A stretch of 35,926 bases of DNA from positions 1-35,926 of IMG/VR virus record IMGVR_UViG_3300037422_000215, one strand, 5' to 3'. Every line of letters starts with the position of its first letter. Positions within the stretch are counted from its first letter, which is position 1. Under the pieces are notes generated by a model. The model was given only the letters and a program-made list of their open reading frames with translations. It did no database searches and was not told where the DNA came from. Origin of the DNA: a virus (lineage: Duplodnaviria; Caudoviricetes). Shown in pieces: positions 34,695-35,926 of the stretch. A program made the translations under genes and the position numbers.

Positions 34695-34942
34695 CACTCG
34701 TCCATCCGGTCGATCTCGACGGGCTCCATTTCGAGGCCGGGAAGCACGACGACCATCAGGCGGGCCGCTGGTGTGTGATGGAAGCGCTCGCCTGGCATGC
34801 GGGCGAGCCAGCGTTCGTGCGTGTGGACGCTGCGCGGGACGCTGCGGGGGACGCTGCGGGGGCCGCGCTCGCGCCGACCGTCACCGAACTCCAGGAATCC
34901 GCCGGGCGTCTCCTCGCCCGAATGTGTCGGGCCACCCGATGA
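34691..34942 (+). CDS. Internally deleted paralog of the 35256 protein (possibly a pseudogene)
   Basis: CVMEALAWHAGEP versus CVMEAVAWVAGEP; similar C-terminus; flanked by 14-bp direct repeats. Confidence 0.65.
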   Translation: MTLVHPVDLDGLHFEAGKHDDHQAGRWCVMEALAWHAGEPAFVRVDAARDAAGDAAGAALAPTVTELQESAGRLLARMCRATR

Positions 34943-35214
34943 TCGCGCTCGACCCGTCGCAGACCCCGGCGCTCGACAGCACCCGCGAGTGGGCCGTGAC
35001 CGGTGCGCTGATCGTGGCGGCGGTCGTCGCGCTCGTCGCCTCCTATTTCTCGGATCGGATCCGCGTCTATGTGGCGCGGTTCTTCTCGCGTCCGCGCTCT
35101 GGTGCGGAGCGCCTCGTTGCAGGCGCGGGCATTCATCGCGGGCGTGAGCTGCGGGCCCGGCGTCGTCAGGTCCGCCCGGATCTGACGCCGGGCTCGCGCC
35201 CAATCGACAACTGA
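34939..35214 (+). CDS. Single-TM hypothetical protein
   Basis: ATGA overlap; WAVTGALIVAAVVALVASYF. Confidence 0.55.
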   Translation: MIALDPSQTPALDSTREWAVTGALIVAAVVALVASYFSDRIRVYVARFFSRPRSGAERLVAGAGIHRGRELRARRRQVRPDLTPGSRPIDN

Positions 35215-35255
35215 ACCAGCCCACCGTCCAGCAACGTTCCAGGGGGGACGCCACG

Positions 35256-35926
35256 GTGAACACACAACCCCAGGTCGTACGCGATCTCGATCTCGACACG
35301 CTGATCCTCCGCGCAGGTGGCCACACGGAGCATCAGGACGCGTTCTGCGTCATGGAAGCAGTCGCATGGGTCGCCGGCGAGCCGTGGTCGGACCACCCTG
35401 AGTGCGCATGCCCGGTCATCACCTCGTTCATGGTCCGGTGGAACGATCGGATCGGCGATGATGAGACCCGTACGCGGCTGCTCGTCCCGCTGATCCCGCG
35501 CCTGATTGGTACCCGTTCGAGCCGTGAGGTCGAGCAGGCGCGGCGTTGGGCGCTGGCGGATTGGGCGGCCCGGACCGCCGCGCCGATCTGGCTGCGGGCG
35601 GCCGGTTTGGATGGTGACGCGGCCGCGTTGGAAGGCTGCGCGCCGATCGTCGACCGCGCGACGGCGGACGCGGCAGGGTCGGTCGCGACCCCGATCCGCG
35701 AACGTGCATGGGAGCGTCGCCGCGAACTGATCGCCAAGGTGCGCGCTGCCGTTGCCGTTGCCGATGCCGTTGCCGATGCCGTTGCCGCTGCCGTTGCCGT
35801 TGCCGCTGCCGATGCCGCTGCCGATGCCGCTGCCGATGCCGATGCCGATGCCGCTGCCGCTGCCGCTGCCGATGCCGATGCCGCTGCCGCTGCCGCTGCC
35901 GCTGCCGCTGCCGCTGCCGCTGCCGA
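35256..35926 (+). CDS. Ala-repeat hypothetical protein, N-terminal part (continues at 1-374)
   Basis: Missing from the ORF track because no stop occurs before the contig end; own translation MNTQPQ...GGH...FCVMEAVAWVAGEPWSDHPECACPVITSFMVRWND... Confidence 0.8.
   Translation, partial: MNTQPQVVRDLDLDTLILRAGGHTEHQDAFCVMEAVAWVAGEPWSDHPECACPVITSFMVRWNDRIGDDETRTRLLVPLIPRLIGTRSSREVEQARRWALADWAARTAAPIWLRAAGLDGDAAALEGCAPIVDRATADAAGSVATPIRERAWERRRELIAKVRAAVAVADAVADAVAAAVAVAAADAAADAAADADADAAAAAAADADAAAAAAAAAAAAAAA
35713..35926 (+). repeat. Second copy of the terminal overlap plus a variant hexamer array
   Basis: 35713-35811 equals 1-99; unit order differs afterwards. Confidence 0.9.

Overview
The window looks like one complete, circularly assembled, high-GC siphovirus genome of about 35.7 kb: positions 1-99 recur exactly at 35713-35811. 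The host is probably an actinobacterium, judged from an Rpf-like transglycosylase, an LPXTG protein and a leaderless first gene. All credible genes are on the + strand, mostly coupled by (A/G)TGA or TGATG overlaps. The early operon runs from a sigmaA-type promoter at 34128 across the contig end to about 11454. It encodes an HTH protein, an LPETG protein, Ala-repeat proteins, YqaJ/RecT, two DNA methyltransferases (one fused to an SNF2-like helicase), an HNH and a replication initiator. It is followed by HNH, terS, terL, portal, protease, HK97 capsid, tail, lysis genes, a BNR-4 propeller and Rpf. I saw no integrase, tRNA, CRISPR array or reverse transcriptase. The most unusual signal is in the early operon, where short direct repeats sit at gene junctions. 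Two alternative versions of the recT...methyltransferase...HNH interval are stacked in tandem (A-B-C / A'-B'-C'), and three more accessory inserts are bracketed by repeats. All new junctions preserve reading frame or translational coupling. This suggests a RecT-driven, swappable cassette system. All product calls come from motifs read by eye; no searches were run.
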